Origin: an uncultured archaeon
Lineage (GTDB): Archaea; Thermoproteota; Nitrososphaeria_A; Caldarchaeales; Wolframiiraptoraceae
Direction: 5' to 3'
Assembly: GCA_938083505.1 (NCBI GenBank)
Contig: CALKCF010000002.1
Span: 143,065 to 207,064 of the forward strand
Length of the DNA: 64,000 bases
Below the pieces are notes generated by a model. It did not search any database, had not been told where the DNA came from, and worked only from the letters and a program-made list of their open reading frames with translations. Position 1 is the stretch's first letter, and every line of letters starts with the position of its first letter. Below, piece by piece: positions 62,901-64,000 of this stretch. The position numbers and the translations under genes are program-made.

Positions 62901-63813
62901 CGACCAAGGTTGCCTCGCTGGTATCAGGTACGCCATGCCTGGTGTGGTTCAGGTCGTATACCCTTACCTGGGCATAAGAGATGTTATCTTTTTTGTCGTA
63001 CCATGTATGCGTGTGGAACTTAGTCCATATTACGGCGCAGGGTATGACGAATGCAGAAGAGGGTTCCGAGAACGCGGCTGCGAAGTGTGATAGCGTGGAG
63101 TTTAAGATCGCTACCGGACCAGAAGTCATCATACTATAACTATTATTGTAAAAGTAGAAAGAATTACCATGATCAAGGATAGTACCATCTATTAATATTG
63201 TATAGTTGCGGTTGTACGGCTTCCCGGGAAGAACTCTATCAAACTCAGACTTTGTCAGGTTTACTTTTATCATCGCAAGTATGATTCCGTCGTACAGCTT
63301 GCTGTGAGTGTACAGCCTGCTGGAAGCCATCGTTATGTTCTCTCCGTACCAGCTCTTCGCCTTAACAACTATCGTAACGTTATCCCACGTCTTAGGCCAT
63401 GAAACGCTAACGAAACCCGTGCCGTTGGGCTTGAACGTCTTATATGGCGTCGGGTTTGGATTGGACTGTGTCTGCCAGTATACCATCACTTCGACGTTCG
63501 GCTCTAGCGTCGGCTCGCCCTTGGAATCGATCTTCGTCAGGTTGTACCTCTCAATCCAAGTTGATGGATACGCTGGAAATACTGGCGGTGTTTCAATATT
63601 ATAGATATAACCTGGCCAGCTTCCACTTACAGTATTATTTCCTTTCCATGCTGGCGTAACTACCTTCAGCCATACTGTATATTCTGGTGTTGTTTCCGCT
63701 TGGACTACGTAGTAAATAGCGCTGGGTAGCACTACTGCAGCAACTAGAGCTAATAGCAGAGCTAGCGCGGTTATTTTTGCAGCTTTACTTCTATTACTCA
63801 TTTTTCTTATCAC
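56965..63813 (-). CDS. giant S-layer-like surface glycoprotein
   Basis: 2282 aa; signal peptide; many NxS/T sequons; repeated V.D..G.PL..A.V carboxypeptidase-regulatory-like beta domains; C-terminal TM and PPPPPKK tail; strong C/G-ending codon bias. Confidence 0.85.
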   Translation of the reverse strand: MIRKMSNRSKAAKITALALLLALVAAVVLPSAIYYVVQAETTPEYTVWLKVVTPAWKGNNTVSGSWPGYIYNIETPPVFPAYPSTWIERYNLTKIDSKGEPTLEPNVEVMVYWQTQSNPNPTPYKTFKPNGTGFVSVSWPKTWDNVTIVVKAKSWYGENITMASSRLYTHSKLYDGIILAMIKVNLTKSEFDRVLPGKPYNRNYTILIDGTILDHGNSFYFYNNSYSMMTSGPVAILNSTLSHFAAAFSEPSSAFVIPCAVIWTKFHTHTWYDKKDNISYAQVRVYDLNHTRHGVPDTSEATLVGAAVTLGEEGLSTWVPIPLQTHNLSVRLPFSQLWTGLNTAPHLNTTLRVWWETVLVNQTGFLALNYGFNGTTIDMNCTVFYAVFGAKDMDPRVQHPTFEDALVKAQVIIKLTRQKAGQTSPQVYFDMNEIALTGYHKQEWWGLTASVEGPAMVGALSDFKKMGYMRFPNGSIVSATVYDPRDARNLAEALARPCERIVNIKELNTITLDDDRDRWGDFKGISVQVRWGGGPAEAYGGSLVTVNSTYIANPYYVALKPVSWVKPSETPNDKRLDVKDASEYGLTVIIDRVFAVDGVLWLECNVFDLMLQIVDQLGSPLEPTHTRVVLLRPNGPPVEFAGYPTEHTIYVPEDKLVTIVFYGWISTNGTLLIYQLPGEIGPYGVRVYYQNVLVYENLTLIGKLVRTENFTLKTSVYKLLVKITDAHDEGLPYTPVKYVHTAYGDVWTNTADDGTIDFAKIPVQVGAPSPTWVIKAVYWKGVLVTFLDKNAVKYPDGTTDDARPDGSVAINVTKAAAVPIIVRAKITDIIFYTWDFQKVEKIPNVNITMSWWGLNITTGKMVEFVETMDGNDGRPWELDFDQQPYNTSKIVAQFFRYRITYYMSEAKVVFHQMPALDEEVNMPCINVTTTTWGWKWDAEYVPYNFNAELSTPGFALWDNPTTSENEAHNRTVLRVLPKALKPDVYYPDILTALSFKELTFCQRISIDLPLWAMGFDVVAINGERWLGDAEFAIYNDVNMMMDIIKTNATAPIKLRSKVDRDNLPLSKIWWNSSTPWVREGIGSGYYAADLTFKTDMGVTVNMFTWYRPGGIWPTNIAPWPDFVAGNYTFYLTPNINLKNAWETRKSTVTVYIDIGDTEDVETTYYIPYIYDKELLKVPLPVGIITLELKDQGGVRPLKYAFVNITAHIDDERFSVYSLKGEKAQWAGKVDAEGKAEITAPTAGFLNYTLKKEGEYLLKTFNITVYWYLNSSVVYEAYFNLTKMGWKVDRVAVSDVVLHHTICTDFDRVVKGLYADLAWINVTKPDEYVHPGILVVNDTAKTWTLKPLDAAMGKAPWTDGKLELNLVPTAMKFRVFDYFLNKYVEWNVSHLWRVAAWYTGLEKGPVQYNGKSYKQLMFGSGTDESPVNSAVWVIIGAAPFDHTTYRWTRDSGDVISGYAVDTNYGKVGRYTPDVEDVIKLIDYLEPAKTVEVIEATRTVKHVALKLNATDIAVRVVWQQGENATATYVTGPLVGWNVKLTFVPPAEYLTDAEREALWRTWRVTFSGVTDETGTAWIRSGSTPETVIWNASRIKAGMTKEASWLVVSPPAYMLNEKDPYWLNKVVKPGAEAHNLEVFEGAQDPAAMVGIDLTPEGYFSWLPEPSLWVSEPFNLGYSTIYNLYGLPVYMTVRNEWGAGLWLPSYFGIGLGGSSGWARIGGAWYARINVWPNDPETSQHVPYTPVFQYMPVTAKITDFNGRPLPGAFFWMVDSVTGKTAGWSYAGKDGVTEPVYLRKPEWTLLLRVHYLGRDAEGHPAWPFNAFGKWPVSYYSDADETQPGPGIFGELAKRVKVTTLAHQYHGVWRIRPGAHWDITAKIFDIRVRHYYEEAKPIEVDAKFYREFPDKPGGTVEFKAKEIIEVKRLNRGTYDEVAEWLGVVVGRKSFDLSAANVGTVAGELRVAVGEISVAVKDMTGRILTDAEAKFEGIEKVLMVPPEILAKYKLASEEDAKTLKAVGAVFVTKLPIPTNIRYSLSISWVSPSFGTEAKVSIIDTVDGINAKREIVLPVGVVTINVVDGKGRPVSGAEVVLGKVKAKTDAAGKAVFEGVPLEREGEGITYQLTVLREGEEVYKDTVKLSTAMTSLTVIGELFDLSVLVKGAAGQGLPFATVTLKKAGVVVGHFTTDEGGSVTIPKLVAADYEVEATYKGYTGTAKVSKADLMAGKRAEITLPPYVEIAGMPLTFATFLALIIGIILLVIVVVVILFEYVRWRGRRVGIFPPPPPKK

Positions 63814-64000
63814 ACTCGCAAGTTTGCGAGCAAATGCTTGAACTCCTCTTATTTAACCAGCTCGTTTCTAGAGGCATTCTACTGATTAGAACCCATGAAA
63901 TTCCAAGAAATTAAAGCGCAGAAATCAGAAATTTGAAATGCATGACCAGAAGCACCCTTGAGAATTTCAGGGTATTACATGCGAAATCTTCTAAGGAACA

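Noticed and set aside
63895-63990. Repeated GAAAT words as ORB or CRISPR repeats
   Set aside because: Irregular spacing, too short and truncated by the window edge

Overview
This is a chromosomal window from a TACK-type archaeon. It carries S25e, aIF5A, aIF5B, RadA, Orc1/Cdc6, RFC and KEOPS genes. The divergent 16S, tungsten AOR and giant S-layer gene suggest a thermophilic Caldarchaeales/'Aigarchaeota'-like lineage, which is inference only. Most of the window is housekeeping: translation, replication, kor and por 2-oxoacid:ferredoxin oxidoreductase operons, a DsrE-TusA-IscS-IscU operon and a 2282-aa S-layer-like glycoprotein. Two accessory patches are decayed: an EVE/restriction-nuclease remnant and a broken PadR-ABC operon. 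RNA genes are a stand-alone 16S rRNA with a 33-nt BHB intron and five tRNAs (Asp, iMet, His, Arg, Ser). The most striking signal is in two tRNAs with BHB introns at highly unusual positions: Asp at 68/69, inside the acceptor stem, and His at 9/10. Each is flanked by a short sequence that could pair with the strand displaced when the BHB forms: an antisense copy of the T-arm in the Asp trailer, and a duplicate acceptor strand in the His leader. This is a candidate cis-encoded 'splicing-helper' system. Other notable items are an FrhB-wHTH fusion, an EMC6/OPTI-like membrane protein, a CUG-initiated S27ae and a radical SAM gene with one in-frame amber codon. All calls come from reading the sequence; no searches were run.
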